The position numbers and the translations under genes were made by a program. A stretch of 63,016 nucleotides of DNA, counting the filler, from Rhabdomonas costata (lineage: Eukaryota): NCBI GenBank assembly GCA_019059605.1. It is 28 parts of 28 records of this genome, joined end to end, with 100 filler letters (N's around TTAATTAATTAA, not from the genome) between each part and the next. Parts side by side here need not be neighbours in the genome. Positions count along the whole stretch, not along the records: positions 11,282 to 13,482 come from JAHMHO010005208.1; positions 13,583 to 15,733 come from JAHMHO010005209.1; positions 15,834 to 17,988 come from JAHMHO010005210.1; positions 18,089 to 20,244 come from JAHMHO010005211.1; positions 20,345 to 22,498 come from JAHMHO010005212.1; positions 22,599 to 24,752 come from JAHMHO010005213.1; positions 24,853 to 27,006 come from JAHMHO010005214.1; 21 more parts are not named here. One strand, given 5' to 3'. Shown piece after piece: positions 12,230-25,079 of this stretch (position 1 is its first letter; each line of letters starts with the position of its first letter). The notes beneath the pieces are model-generated. The model was not told the DNA's origin. It did no database searches and saw only the letters and a program-made list of their open reading frames with translations.

Positions 12230-13160
12230 AAAGCACCTTATGGTGGTGGAGTGAGAGGAGTGACAGGTGGGGGTTAATGCGTAGGATGACCGAACGTAAG
12301 CACCTTATGGTGACGATGGCCACCGTCAATCCGTCACATTGTGGGATATGGACTGGATGTGGAGGACAACCATACGTCGTGGTGCGAGCCATGGCGGTAT
12401 TGCATCAGCTGCATGCTGCTATGATGTCATGTCAACCCGTAGTGTTGGCTCCTTCACAGGGTAATGGTGTTCCTGGCCACTCCAACACACCATCATCATC
12501 AGCACAGTAGCAGCACAGGACATCAGATACAGTAGGGTGTGTGCACTCTATTCCACTCTATGCGTACCTTGTGTTTGTGGTGGTGGCGGTGGCGTCGGAC
12601 GTGCTGTCCATGGGATCTTATCCCCTACCTCATGTCATCACAATGTGTGTCAAGGGATAAAAGTCAACCCAAGGTAAGGTGTCGCGGCATGGACCGATGT
12701 ACTGCCAAGGGGATGTCACAACTTCTATGGTGATGTTGTCCGTGTGGAGGTCATGACATGACGTGAGGGATATGCATCCGCGTTACCATGAGTGTTGTGA
12801 TGGCGGGGTGTGAAAGCGAAGATGACGCCATGACCCTGATGGTGGCGGGGAGCACCACTACCACTGAACCCTAAGGGAGGGTATTGGTTATGGCTACGCC
12901 CGGTGTGAAAGAAGATCCTGGTTGTTGCGGTCGCTGCGCTTCCTCCACTCCTAAATTTCTTGGTTGCATGGTCGCTGCTCTCCTATGCCCCTACACCCTT
13001 GATACCCTACTCACTGCGTTCGTGGGCCCCCAAGTTCTTGTTGGTCGCATGCTCCCTTCCGCTTGCATGTTCTGTAAATGCTGCGGCTATCAACCCTTGC
13101 CTTGATCGCGTCCACGGTGCTAGCCAGCGTTCCGGGATTGAGGGTTTGGGTTAGGGCATG
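12230..13160 (+). mobile_element. Decayed dispersed repeat (possible retroelement remnant), related to 25080-26240
   Basis: Shares collinear anchors with contig 12: CACCTTAxGGTGGTGGAG, CCACTACxACTG and GGGCCCCCAAG..GGTCGCATG. No intact ORF. Confidence 0.45.
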
Positions 13161-14228
13161 GGCGGGTTGGTTCCCGAAGCCGGCCCTATTTTTTTAGCAT
13201 GGACGTAGTGCGTTGCAACTTTTTGGATGCTTTTTTTAAATTTCTTTATCGATTTCCCTCTCCAGCGGCGGCGGCTATTAAAGTGCATCACCCCTGTCGA
13301 CCACCTTCAATTTTTTTTCCGGCGCTTCAGATGGGGAATATTGGGTATGAATCCAACGTTCGGCTTGGGATAAGTATTATCGCTAAGATGAATTCAATTG
13401 TTTGCGTCGATCGCCGGAAATGGGCAGAGGGGGCAAACCGGAAAAAAACGAACGAAGGCCACGTTCTCCGGCTGCTCCGGTTNNNNNNNNNNNNNNNNNN
13501 NNNNNNNNNNNNNNNNNNNNNNNNNNTTAATTAATTAANNNNNNNNNNNNNNNNNNNNNNNNNNNNNNNNNNNNNNNNNNNNTTTGCGGGCATCCCTATC
13601 ATCACGGCAACCAATATCCTCCCAGTGTACAGCCTTAGGCGTTGGAGGCACTCATTTCCCTGTCCCGGGGATCCGAGGAGCTGAGCAGCCTGTACCTCAG
13701 AGATCTGAGAAACCGCAGTGGACCCTCAAAAAAGCCGAACTCACAGAAACCATAATTAGCCCTTGGCTTTAATTTAACTTCATTACATATAGAAAGACAA
13801 AAACTGGCGTGCGCGGTGGGGTGGGGGCTGGTTCATACTGGCCCCCCCCCCCATGAACAATTTTATCCTGCGGCCTCTGCTGTGGAGGTGCCGGTTATGT
13901 CAAGGCTTAAAGTTACGGTTGGGGGCGGCGGTTTGCAGCTTTGCGGGCTTCTAAGCTCACTACACTTAGCCCCCCCTGGCACCAGCAGGTAGTAAAAAAA
14001 ATTGGCACCATTTCGTTCGTGGAGTTGCACTTTGCTCCTGTTTTCTTTTTCAGGTGAGCCTTCTTGACTTTATTCATCGTTGCCCTTGCTTCGGGCGTAT
14101 AACCAAACTGAGCAATGGAACTTCTGCACATGCATACGAAGAAATCGATCGAAGAACAGTGTGCCTATAATCACAAACATTTGAGGGGTATGACACCCCC
14201 CCCCCCTGTAACGCATCCGCGCACGAAC

Positions 14229-15141
14229 CGATTGGTTCTCCACAACAAAAACACCGCCGCCGCCAGGAAAATCACGACCACCACGGAGAGAGCGGCCCAG
14301 GTGATGGCCTGGAAAGGGCCGAGGCTCTTGCTCAGGTCCTCCACCAGCCCCCCACAGGGCACCTCCTCGGGATCCGGGAGGTCCGTGTCGCTGCAGGTGG
14401 AGTTCGGCCGGCGTAGGTAGAACTTCACCTGGCGCCCAACTCGGCACTCGCTCTGCAAATTAAACGAGAGGAAAGTTACAACGTTTTTGTTGTGAAAGTC
14501 CCCATCCAGGGACCCCCTTCCATCAGCAGTCACCTATATCAAACGACTGACCGCATTTTTGCGGCTCAATGTTTTGATGAACGATATCATGCTTCACAAT
14601 TAACTTATTCAAACACTTGTTTCCATCTCCAAACAGTTGCAGTATCATCACTTGCCCAGGCGGAAACCTTTGCTTGGTGAAAACTGTGGAATGAAATAGT
14701 GAACTACTTCCGTGGCTTGTAAAAGCAACACAGTCCTGGCGATGTGGAGCGCCAATAAGGCCGGTTGGTGGCGTTTCGGGCATACATCCGATGTTTTGCA
14801 GAATAGGAACAAATTACTTCCACAGAACTCATTGAATGTAAAAAAATGTCTCATTTTTGGTCATTGGTCACAACGGCACACAAAAGATGCAGCCTCTGCC
14901 AAGGTCAAATACACGTGCCCACCGCGATATCAGCATGGGTCACTTTGTACACGAACATCTATGTGAGTTGAGTAAGAGGAATCTGTGGTGTATTAAATCG
15001 TGGAATGAGAAAAGAGGCTCGCACCACAGTGTAAGTGTAGTTCAGCTTGCTGCAGGACTCGCAGGGCCTCTGCGTTGGTGGCAGGTTTAGAGAGGCGGGC
15101 CGGGTGCATTCGTCATTGACCTTCAGCCATTCTCCTCGGAC
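14229..15141 (-). CDS. ELAPOR/KIAA1324 (UPF0577)-like Cys-rich type I membrane protein, 3' exons 15141-15025 and 14452-~14229
   Basis: Spliced ..PCESCSKLNYTYTV|SECRVGRQVKFYLRRPNSTCSDTDLPDPEEVPC..TM helix..LWRTNR parallels the juxtamembrane Cys pattern and TM-W-x-x-N of KIAA1324-family proteins. Confidence 0.5.
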
Positions 15142-15165
15142 CTGCCCTGTTGTGACATGAACACA

Positions 15166-15257
15166 AAGAAAGTAAGAAAATAAGAAAGTAAGAAAGACAG
15201 ACAGAAAGAAAGACAACGCAAGTCAGTAAGTAAGTAAGAAAGAGAGAGAGAGAGAGA
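15166..15257 (+). repeat. Purine-rich low-complexity/(AG)n tract (intron polypyrimidine tract on the minus strand)
   Basis: AAGAAAGT-like units followed by (AG)n. Confidence 0.8.
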
Positions 15258-17022
15258 GGCACAACAGTCAGAAAAGGCCCCAGGCTGGGCTCCGACCATG
15301 TCACTTAGCCTCTCCCTCCCCCCGCATACCGCATAGTGGAGCCTATAAATAATGACAACCTATTAACTCAATCGAATAAAAATAGCTCACATCCGTCACT
15401 GCGTGTGATTTTGGGCAAATATTTATACCGATGCCCTGTAACACAATTGAATCAGTTCAGCTTTGTGCATCGAAAACTAGTCCTGTAGAAAGAGAGAATT
15501 AAACAGGAGGGGGCGGGCCCTCCACAACCAGCTGGGGACACCAACTGCATGACCAGTGGTAACAACGTGGTTAAATCCTGCTTTGAAGACTGGCTGAAAA
15601 TTTTTGGTACCCAGCTGAATGCGCGAACCCACCCCCCACAGACAGACAGACACCCTATGTACACCAGGCATTGCTGTGTGGAGGTTTTTCTGCCTCCAGC
15701 GGGCTTTGAACAACAACAGACATCCCCACCCACNNNNNNNNNNNNNNNNNNNNNNNNNNNNNNNNNNNNNNNNNNNNTTAATTAATTAANNNNNNNNNNN
15801 NNNNNNNNNNNNNNNNNNNNNNNNNNNNNNNNNTTTTGGTTATCCGATTTTCTCTATTGCAACTGCTTCCCCTTTTGTGGTACTCCCGCCTCACGTGTGC
15901 TGCTGCCGTGAATCCCCGCGGAAGTCCCTCCGTCGCCTCCGCATGTGGTCCAACTAATCTGGTTGTGTCCCTGCTATCTTTTGGGTATATGTGTTCACGG
16001 AAATTTTGCGTTCCATTTGATGTCGTGTGGACGGATGGACGGGGTGGTCACGGGCTTGTTGTGCTTGTGTTATGGTTGATTCGGCGCAAAGATGCGGAGG
16101 CAGACAGCGATTCCTTGCCCGCGCCTGGCCTTGGTCCCGCCCGAGCGTCTCAGACCATTTGAACTCGCACATGGAGCGTTTGCCCTTGCTGCACGAATGC
16201 TGCCTGTGCAGGAGGTCTCAGTGCATTTTGAAGCTTTGTGCTCTTACTGCGTACTGTAGGCAAGGTTTCCGAAGTTGCCAGGAGAAGAATTCTTTTCGTG
16301 GTGAAACGTATTTTTCGGCAGATTCTTGTTTTTTTTCCTACCCATCATCATCCATAATCCCAAACCCGCGAAGCCCTTCGCTAGGAGTGAGTGGATTGTG
16401 CTCTGCCATGTGAGGCCTGGGAGGCATTGCCAAAATCGTAAGTTATGCTTCAGGCGACCTCCCATTCACGTGTTGGGTCTGTGGTGGACTTTGGCTGAAG
16501 CGCCACGACCTTTGCGAATCTTCCAAATCCTTCCTTCTGCATGGGCAGTGTGGTAGGAACGCACTGTCCTTTCGTTCCAGTGCCATTTGCTGGGAGTGCA
16601 GTGGCATCACGGCTCAACAATGACGGTAGCGTGGATCGTCAGTGCGACTTTCGCGCAGACGGGGAATATAGTCAAAAACTGGTGGCTGCTGTAGCTAACC
16701 GATTACCCCGCGTGTTCCGTGTTTTATTTGCCATATGTGTTTTCGCGTTGCTTCTTGTCCTTCTTCCTCTTCTCTCGGTCTCTGTCCTTTCGTGGGTTTT
16801 TTTCGAGAACTGCGGTGGGTTGACCGCCCACCACTCGGATGTGTCGCCCTGGCTCACGATCGCCACTTCTGCCACGTGGAGCCTCTGATTTTACCTTCAG
16901 CATTTCGTCTTGCGCCTTTTTCTTAGCTGCCTGTAATTATCTCTTTTTGCATGTAACTTTTTTTTGATGAACTTTCTAGCCTTCTGAGCTAACCTGCCCA
17001 CCCTGCCTCCCCTGTGGAAGAC

Positions 17023-17224
17023 ATGGATCAGGTCGAGGACAGTGAGATCCTCTTTGATATGTCTGCGGAGAAATTCGAGCTGCGACGCGGGGAGTTTGAG
17101 ATTCGCAGCATGGATAATATTGAGGACACCAGGGGCCACAGCGGTGAGAAGGGCAGACTCCTCGTCACTAATCTGCGGATAATTTGGAGCTCCCAGAAGA
17201 ACCCCCGCGACAACACAAGCATCG
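17023..17224 (+). CDS. BBS5: Bardet-Biedl syndrome 5 protein, first coding exon
   Basis: MDQVEDSEILFDMS..LRRGEFEIRSMDNIEDTRGHSGEKGRLLVTNLRIIWSS..NTSIG matches the BBS5 N-terminus (EDTKGNNGxxGRLLVTNLRxxW). GT donor at 17225. Confidence 0.93.
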
Positions 17225-18399
17225 GTATTCTTTCAGTCTTCTTTTTCCGCCTTCTTTTTTATTTCAGCCCTCTCTTGTTTCATTTTTATGGCGCTTGCTG
17301 GACGCTCAGGTGTATGGAAGGAAAAGAGATTCCTTTACGCTTATTTTCTCAGGGCACGTTGAAAGCGTCTCTAAATTTCAAAAAAGGACAGCGTGGACGT
17401 CAAGGACGTCACCTGAGCGGAAACTGTAGCAGGGTTGAGCACTTTGCGCAATGCAAAGCCCAAACATATTGGAAAGCACATCCACTGAGCGGCTTGACGC
17501 TGTCTTCATCCTTTCACGAATCTTATACTCTCTATATATGAGCGCTGCTCACACAGACAGCCGTCCTTCGCAATCTTCAAGGATGGAAAGGCGGGCGCCC
17601 ATCCTCAATCTATTATTGGGAGATCACGGCTGTGCAGCTGCTTGCGGCCTGTGCGTGGGAGCTTAAACACGGTGACCTCTTTGAGGCGCAGGCTGGAGCT
17701 GATGTGAAGGTGCCGCAGCGAAAAGGCACCTCTCCGCTGCTTATGTAGAGCTGGTCGCCTTTGGAGAGAACCAGTGCGTGTGACCCTCCCTTGGTGGGTT
17801 CCCCACAGCCCGCTATAGGGATAACTTTTTCGTTGTGGTGCCTGGGGACGAAGTAATGCTGACCGGGAGAGGACTGCGGCGGAGAGCAGGCTGCTGCTGA
17901 TGCCCATGGGATTTGAGCGGGCATGTAGGATTGCCTTTCGGCCTCCATTCGTCAGGCGGCGCGTTTTCTGCATCATATACCCACCACANNNNNNNNNNNN
18001 NNNNNNNNNNNNNNNNNNNNNNNNNNNNNNNNTTAATTAATTAANNNNNNNNNNNNNNNNNNNNNNNNNNNNNNNNNNNNNNNNNNNNGGGTTTTTGTCA
18101 CCACACTCCACTCACACAATCTTAGGCAAATGTCACACCATTACTCTTAAGGAGATTTCTCCTTCTGCACGCAAAACCTTCAATTGGTGGTTTTCGACAT
18201 CTCTGGAAACATCTGAAAATTGATGGTGGTTCACAACCGCTAACACAGCATTAGTTAATTGTTATTCGCACAACATTTCCCGCAATTCTCGTATAATCTG
18301 GACAGATTCCATCTCTTCCTTATTACTCATATGATATTTCTGAACCAGTCCTGAACCTCTCCGCTCTGCATCAGACTTCAACACCATTAATGAGCCCGC

Positions 18400-20150
18400 T
18401 CGTGCACTTTCTGGCTTGTGGAAACTGGCCTGAGGCTATGCCATCTTCGTCAAACCCTTCTTCACGACTTGTTTCACGATTGCCTCTGGAGTGGCACTCT
18501 GAATCTACTCTGGGGCTGCCTCCGGTGTCACTCTGCATGAGCTGGGGTTTCGTGAATGCTCTAAATAATCAAATCTGATTGATCTGAGCACAGGCTCTGG
18601 TGGTCTCTGCAAACGCCTTAGCGCCTTAGTGCCTGAAACTCTCTGCACAGCATTTCGCGCTGGCGTTCTGACTGTGGACAAAGTGGGCCTCTTTGGTGGG
18701 GATGTAGTGGCCCTGTCTCCTATCCAACTAGTTTGATTGATATACCCTCTTCTGAAATTCTCCAACTGACCCCTTGGGCACACTTATCTGAACCAACTCC
18801 GTCTTAGGCAATTCACAATCCCTATAAAAGTGGCTCGTACTTCCACAATACATACACACTCTGAAATGGACCTGCGGCTTTGCGATTTACAAGCTTGAAC
18901 TCGGAAAAGGTGACTGCTGCATGCTTCATGTGGAAGTCGGGCTTGGGTTTCGAGGCGTGGAGACATCTCTCCTCCTTGGAAACTAGGTAATTCTGTGTTT
19001 AACGCTTCTAGGCGGTGAAGGTGATTTATAACCTCGGCCTCCTCTTCCCACGAATCCTCTACATCTGAACGCCAACACTCCTCTTGATGGTCACCATCCT
19101 CTCTAGAGATAGAGTACGCGCAGCATTGAATTGTGGCTGTTTTGTGGCGTAAAACATTACAGAACTCGGAGGAACTGTGGCTGCTAACGTTTGATGTGTC
19201 GCCATTTCGAACAAATTTGCACTTATATGCACAGCAATTACGTTAACCATACGCCTTGAAACTGTGGAAGTGGCACCGCTGACAGTTTTCTCTGTAGAAG
19301 TTAAAAAGGCCGTACTACACGAGAAAGGAGTGATACAATAACGTATGGCATCTAAATACATTTCCGCTCCACAGCAATAATTCCTCTCTGAACAGTGCTG
19401 TCTGGAACCACCACAATAACCTGTGGGTCTCTGATTTCTGAAGTACTCAAATTCCATATCCATTGCCATTCTTTGCCATAACGTTGGCCTGGATGTCACC
19501 TTCCAAACCTCTGACAAACAGATACTGCAAAAGAGTTTCGTTGTAGAACATCGTCCCATTCAACAGATTCATCCAGGTAACTAACTGATGATGGTAGAAT
19601 TGGAAATTCACCTTCGACATCTTTAATTGCTTCAACATCCACACTACGTTGTAGTCCTAAGTATGTTCACAACTCCGCCTATTCAACGTTTCTACAAACT
19701 CTTTACAGTCTGTAAGAACGTGAACTGGAGCAACAATTCCTCTGGAATGTGCACCCAAGGCACCTGAGGCATAAATGATCGCAACTTGATATGCAATCCA
19801 GCGAAATTCATTCAGCTCTTCTACCGACACAAGCCACGGTAGTAAATTAGCGTGGTTTCAATCGTACTTCGAGAACTCTGGATCTTTCTAATGCAATTTC
19901 CGCAATGCTCTCAGCGCCTCTGTAACGGTGGAAGCTGGCTCCTCATACACTCTGTAAACCTTCAGCTGAGGGTCCAGCCACCACTCTCCGCAGCAACTTC
20001 TGTGTAAGTTCGTAATTGGCTCCATGCTCTGTAAAATGGATACCATTTGTGTAAGAAAAGTCTGCTCCATCTGTAGTGCGTGGCTGCGCTCTGCTTTGGA
20101 GGTGGCGTATTTACTGACATCAAATCGAAACAAACCTCTGGAATTAGGCT
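18400..20150 (-). mobile_element. Decayed LTR-retrotransposon gag region with CCHC zinc knuckle
   Basis: The interrupted frame contains WMLKQLKM..LLQYLFVRGLEGDIQANV (gag-like F-x-x-G-L-x3-I) and CMYCGSTSHFYRDC (CX2CX4HX4C) at 18856-18815. Multiple stops and frameshifts; no introns seen. Confidence 0.7.
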
Positions 20151-21761
20151 GAACTCCACTCAGTGGGGGGATGAGATGAACTCGACCCCTATGAAATCAA
20201 CCGTCCCCTGAACTATGCGTACTTTTTCGCCTGCTGCCAAACTCNNNNNNNNNNNNNNNNNNNNNNNNNNNNNNNNNNNNNNNNNNNNTTAATTAATTAA
20301 NNNNNNNNNNNNNNNNNNNNNNNNNNNNNNNNNNNNNNNNNNNNTTTTGTTGGGGAGTCGCCTTATTCATTAGTTCACACCGTTCTTTCAAAATTGCGTT
20401 GATTTTAAGTATGGTGGGTGGCATGTGTGTTGGGGCAATGAAGCCATGTGGGATCAAAGATAATGGGGAAGAGGTTTTTATCTGAGATTCTTCGTCATTC
20501 TTAATTCGTCGGTCGCAGGTGGTGACTTGATGACGTCCCCGCGGAAATGCCCATACCCAATGCACGCACAAATATACAAATATGACCTTGTGTGCTGTGA
20601 TTTATCAAGCATACACTTTGCTCCCGGAGCCTAACTTACCCTAAAAACCCTGGCACAGCCACTTCAAATCCGATCATTATGCCGAAACATGGGATGTAAG
20701 TGCATCCAATCTCAGAGTATCTGTTAGTCTGTTAGTCCATCCCTTTTCAGAAACGTTTTCAATCTTTCAATTCATTCTTTCTGTTGTGATGAAATTTCGT
20801 GTTCTTTCCCCTATGCGTCGCTTCCTGTGCAGGGCTTCAGGTCACGGGGGAGGTGGTCTCCTCCCCAGTGGCGGCGGACCCTGAGAACGTCGCCATCACA
20901 CCGGACAGCAGAGGAGAAACTTCTGTGGTGCATGGGCTGGTGAGTTGGTGAGTGCGCCCTTGTCTCTTTCGGGTGTCCTGCTCAACAACAAAACGTGCAA
21001 CAAAACTGCTGTACTTTGCTTTCACTGAGGGGAGTGGGCATCTGAACGGTATTGCTGTGTATCTTGGGACGAGTTCTTGCAAGAGTCGCGTGGCACCGCG
21101 AAAAATATGGAGAGACCAGATGTGTGCACCCTTGAATCACACAGGCCGCGTCAGTAGCAGCAGCGGGGAGTCCTCCACTATCACCAGAAGAGGCATGGAA
21201 AGCGTCGGTTCCAACGAAGATAGCTTTTTAGGTTTTGATAGACCTCAGACGTCATACACACATACACGCAAAGAAGCACTGCATGTCTGCACAACCGCCC
21301 ACAATAGAGGGGAAGTCGCAGGTGAGGCTGGGCTGACCCCTCCCACGCCTGACATTGTGCAAAAAGAGTGGACGAGCATCACATCCCGACAGACATGGAT
21401 TTCTCGCCCCAATGCTGGGCGTGAGTAGGGGAGGACGCAGCGTTTTTTTCTGCGCGTTTTCTGAACATCGAGGGTTCTTGCCTCCTGTGAGGTAAGCCGG
21501 CACCTTTAAACAGTGCTATAGGACCCTCCATACCAAGGGCTCCAGATTGCTCCAGATTCATAGGTTAGGGGCCGCTTTTCTTTTCATACATGCTCCTTCA
21601 CATATGCGGTATTTCCTTTTAGTACTTATAATGCACAAACATTCACCGACGTGAACAAACAAGCACAACTCCCGTCAGACAACAAAACCCTGCGGGTGGG
21701 TTGAAGGGTCAGAAAGAGGGAGAGAAGGTGAGGGGGTGAGCGCATGACGAGCACAGCGCAC

Positions 21762-22194
21762 CGCGAGCCAGAGCAGCGCTGCGGCCATAGCGGGCGCACA
21801 CAAGGCGGCGACGTAGCCCTCATACTCGCGCTCCAAGTCCCTGAACACACAGTCGCAAAGATGAACGGATGGATCGGGCGGCTAATCATACCTAAACTCA
21901 GGACCTTTTTATAGGTCTTCGTAGCGTGGAGTGGAAAAAATCTTTGCCAGCAGAAGCAGACCTCGGGTATTGTTGTTGTTGGCACACACCCCGCCCTATC
22001 CCCCTTGTTAATATTTTGTACTGCAGTGTACACACTTGTCAATAGTTGTTTCGGTTTTCGTTCACACACCGATTGCAGAAGTTGCCGGTCCACTTGGAGC
22101 GCGTGAAGTACCCCACGGTGTAGGTGTGGGGCAGCAGCCGCTCCATTGTCGCCGAGCATAGTGAGGGCTTCACGCTGGGGCCCTCCAACGTGAT
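21762..22194 (-). CDS. Hypothetical membrane protein, internal exons 22194-22070 and 21840-21762 (possibly a multi-TM nucleotide cyclase linker)
   Basis: A phase-2 GT-AG join gives ..SKWTGNFCNR|DLEREYEGYVAALCAPAMAAALLWLA. F-x4-LE-x2-Y before a TM helix recalls multi-TM cyclases and PDEs. Confidence 0.45.
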
Positions 22195-22861
22195 CTGAGT
22201 GACACACGCACGCACATGCACACGCATACACAGCTCAAGTTTCCACCCACCCATCACCCCTCTTCAAAACAACAACAACGGAAACAACAACGGACGGCGC
22301 ACAATCTGCGTGGCAGACGCGGAAGGCATTGCTTTTCGTCCGAAGGAACCACCATCCTCATCCCGAATGGGCGTAGGCAGACTCACTCCTTTTCCTCGCC
22401 TCACCATGACGCACACAGCCAGCACATCAATACAATTCTTTTGGGGCTTAGCAACACCGAAAAGTGCACCCCAGCATGGCCCAGAGAAAAGAAGAGAANN
22501 NNNNNNNNNNNNNNNNNNNNNNNNNNNNNNNNNNNNNNNNNNTTAATTAATTAANNNNNNNNNNNNNNNNNNNNNNNNNNNNNNNNNNNNNNNNNNNNGT
22601 TTGTGGGAACTGCTGTATCGCCTCCAAGTGGGATTGGGGGAAATTTTTCCTCCTTGGGGGAAATTTTTTCACCTGGCTACGGCCCCTTGTGAAAATGCAA
22701 AGTTTGTCCCTTTCCTCCCCGGGACGCTAGTAAACGAAAACTTCCGAAGGAAAAGGATATTTCCGGCGCAAAAATAGATAAAGGAAGGGGATCTCTGCAA
22801 AAGACGCATTGTCATTGCGAAAAAGGGCTTTTCAGAGCTGGCCTCCACATAATTGTTTCAG

Positions 22862-24752
22862 GTGCAGTTCTTTGAAGCCTCTCTGGAGAAGCTGCAGCGC
22901 AGGCAACAGCTCTTCCAGGTCGGAGTCTGCGCCGGGGGACCGATTCGAGAGTGCCGTGAGGACCTGCGGCTGTTGAAACAGTTCTGGGACCTAGCGACGG
23001 TCGTGCTGAGTCAGCTGGAGGCCTGGAATACGCTTCCGCTGCAGGCTATCGACGGGGAGCAGCTAGAGGACCAGGCAAAGACTTTCGCGGCGATGGTCCG
23101 TGGTCTGGACAAGAGGATGCGGGAGTGGGAAGCATACCGTGGTACGCCCTTGTCCTCCCACCTCAACGCAGATTTAATTCGTATCAACAACAAAAATCAT
23201 TTGCACCACGCTAATTAGCACACCTCCTCCTTTTCCTTTCTCCAGACCTCTGGACGATGTGGACCCCGTGTTTACGGGCATTCCCTGTTGTGGGTTTGTT
23301 GTTTCAGAAGGAAGAAACTCCAGAATATCCGGTATGTGTTTGGATGTGAGCAGATGCCATCAACAGGGGGAAGAGCAGCTTCTCCCTCCACTAACGACCA
23401 CCCTAAAAATACGCTTGGGTCTATTCGAGACGTCTGGGACTCAGTCCATCCGTAATCCACCAACTCCTCAGGGCTCAGCTTGGCGGTGAAGAACTTCCTG
23501 GTGTGCTTGCCACTGATCCTCAACTTGCGAAACCCGGCCATCCAGGACCGGCACTGGCAGGAGCTCGTGGGCCAAACTCATGCCGTGGTGGACGTCTCAA
23601 AGCCCCTCACTCTTGCGAACATCCTCTCCATGAACCTCCAGAACTACATTAACGAGGTTTTCGAAGAGTGAAGTTTTCGGAGGGGAATGTGAATTGTCGT
23701 TTGTGTTTGCTTAGGCTCATCATCCAGGCTGCAAAGGCATAAAAGGTAACATGCATACCGGGCCCTGCAAATGTGGATACGTCGAAAATGCCTCAAAGGG
23801 TTCTTTAACGGTCTTACACTGCATTGACATGCACTCGAAGACCGGGGAAGCCGCCGAATATCTCATCTCAGGAGTATTACCACGCGAATTTGGGCGCAAC
23901 CCGCCACACCAACTGAGTGAGTGCTGAGTTCAATGGAATTGTTGGAGTGATCATGGAACATGTCCAGCGAATAAGGGAGGGGTGGTTCTCTAATAACTCG
24001 CCCTCTTGTGTGGGTGTGCGCGTGTCTCAGGTTGGGCAAGTGGTGGACAAAGCCACCAAGCAGGCGCACATCTGCAAGCAGCTGAATGAGCTGCAGAGCC
24101 TGTGGAAGGACTTCTGCTTTGAGTTTGTGCTCAGTGACACCGCTGACTACCCTGTGCTGAGGGTGCCGCCTCGGCTGACTGCGACCATTGAGGAGCACCA
24201 GGTGCCTGAGCTAGTAGTTTTTCACGACGTGAAGGTTGCCAATGGCTCCTTGGGAATCATCTCCCGATCTCCACTGACGATCGCGTTGGTGTTGATCCGA
24301 TTTTGGTGGTGCAGTGCAACAACGCCTTTCGAGTGTTCGTGTTTGTCGTGAAAGAGATGTTCTCGCTGAGCGCCTGTGAGAGATGAGGGGAATCAGCTTT
24401 TGGGCCAACACTGAACGTGTTATGCGCGGCACTCCACATCAGCTTTTTATCCAGTCCGTAAATATTGGCGCTTTTTCTGAGGATTTGGAGGATCCAGAGG
24501 ATCCTCGCTGCTTCTGTTTGTTTTATCTGCTTATTCAGGTGCTTTTGCAAAACCTGGCTACCAACCGCTTCGTCTCGATCTTTCTGCAGGTGTGCCAAGA
24601 GTCATCCTCCCTTTTGGAAAGAGAAATTCAACTCAGTGTTTTTTTTTAGGACTGACGGATTTCCGATTTTGCTTTTTTGTCTGCTTGCAGGACGTCCAGC
24701 ATTGGCAGGGTACCCTCTCCAGGGTGGGGTCGGTCGTGGCGCTGTTCGCAGA
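22862..24752 (+). CDS. Dynein heavy chain (likely axonemal), N-terminal region 2/linker; exons 22862-23141, 23472-23656, 24031-24201, 24539-24589, 24691->
   Basis: Spliced ..LLKQFWD..WNTLPLQAIDGEQLE..MREWEAYRGLSLAVKNFLVCLPLILNLRNPAIQDRHWQEL..IVDKA-like VVDKATKQ..IEEHQVLLQNLATNRFV..WQGTLS follows the DHC_N2 consensus. All splice phases match. Confidence 0.93.
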
Positions 24753-25079
24753 NNNNNNNNNNNNNNNNNNNNNNNNNNNNNNNNNNNNNNNNNNNNTTAA
24801 TTAATTAANNNNNNNNNNNNNNNNNNNNNNNNNNNNNNNNNNNNNNNNNNNNAAGTCACCTCAACCGTTACATGAAGGGACGTTGAGGGAGATGAAGAGG
24901 CTGATGCAGAGGATGCACAGACTGATGCTGACATGTCCAAACCATGCGTAGTAGTAACATCACGTATTGGCCCCGCAGGTAGGAATAGGCAGTGAATGTC
25001 GAGTGTGAACCATCAACGTGATCGAAAGAAAGAGGAGGAGCGTAGCGACGATAGGACGAATGTGACCCTGTGACCGTAA

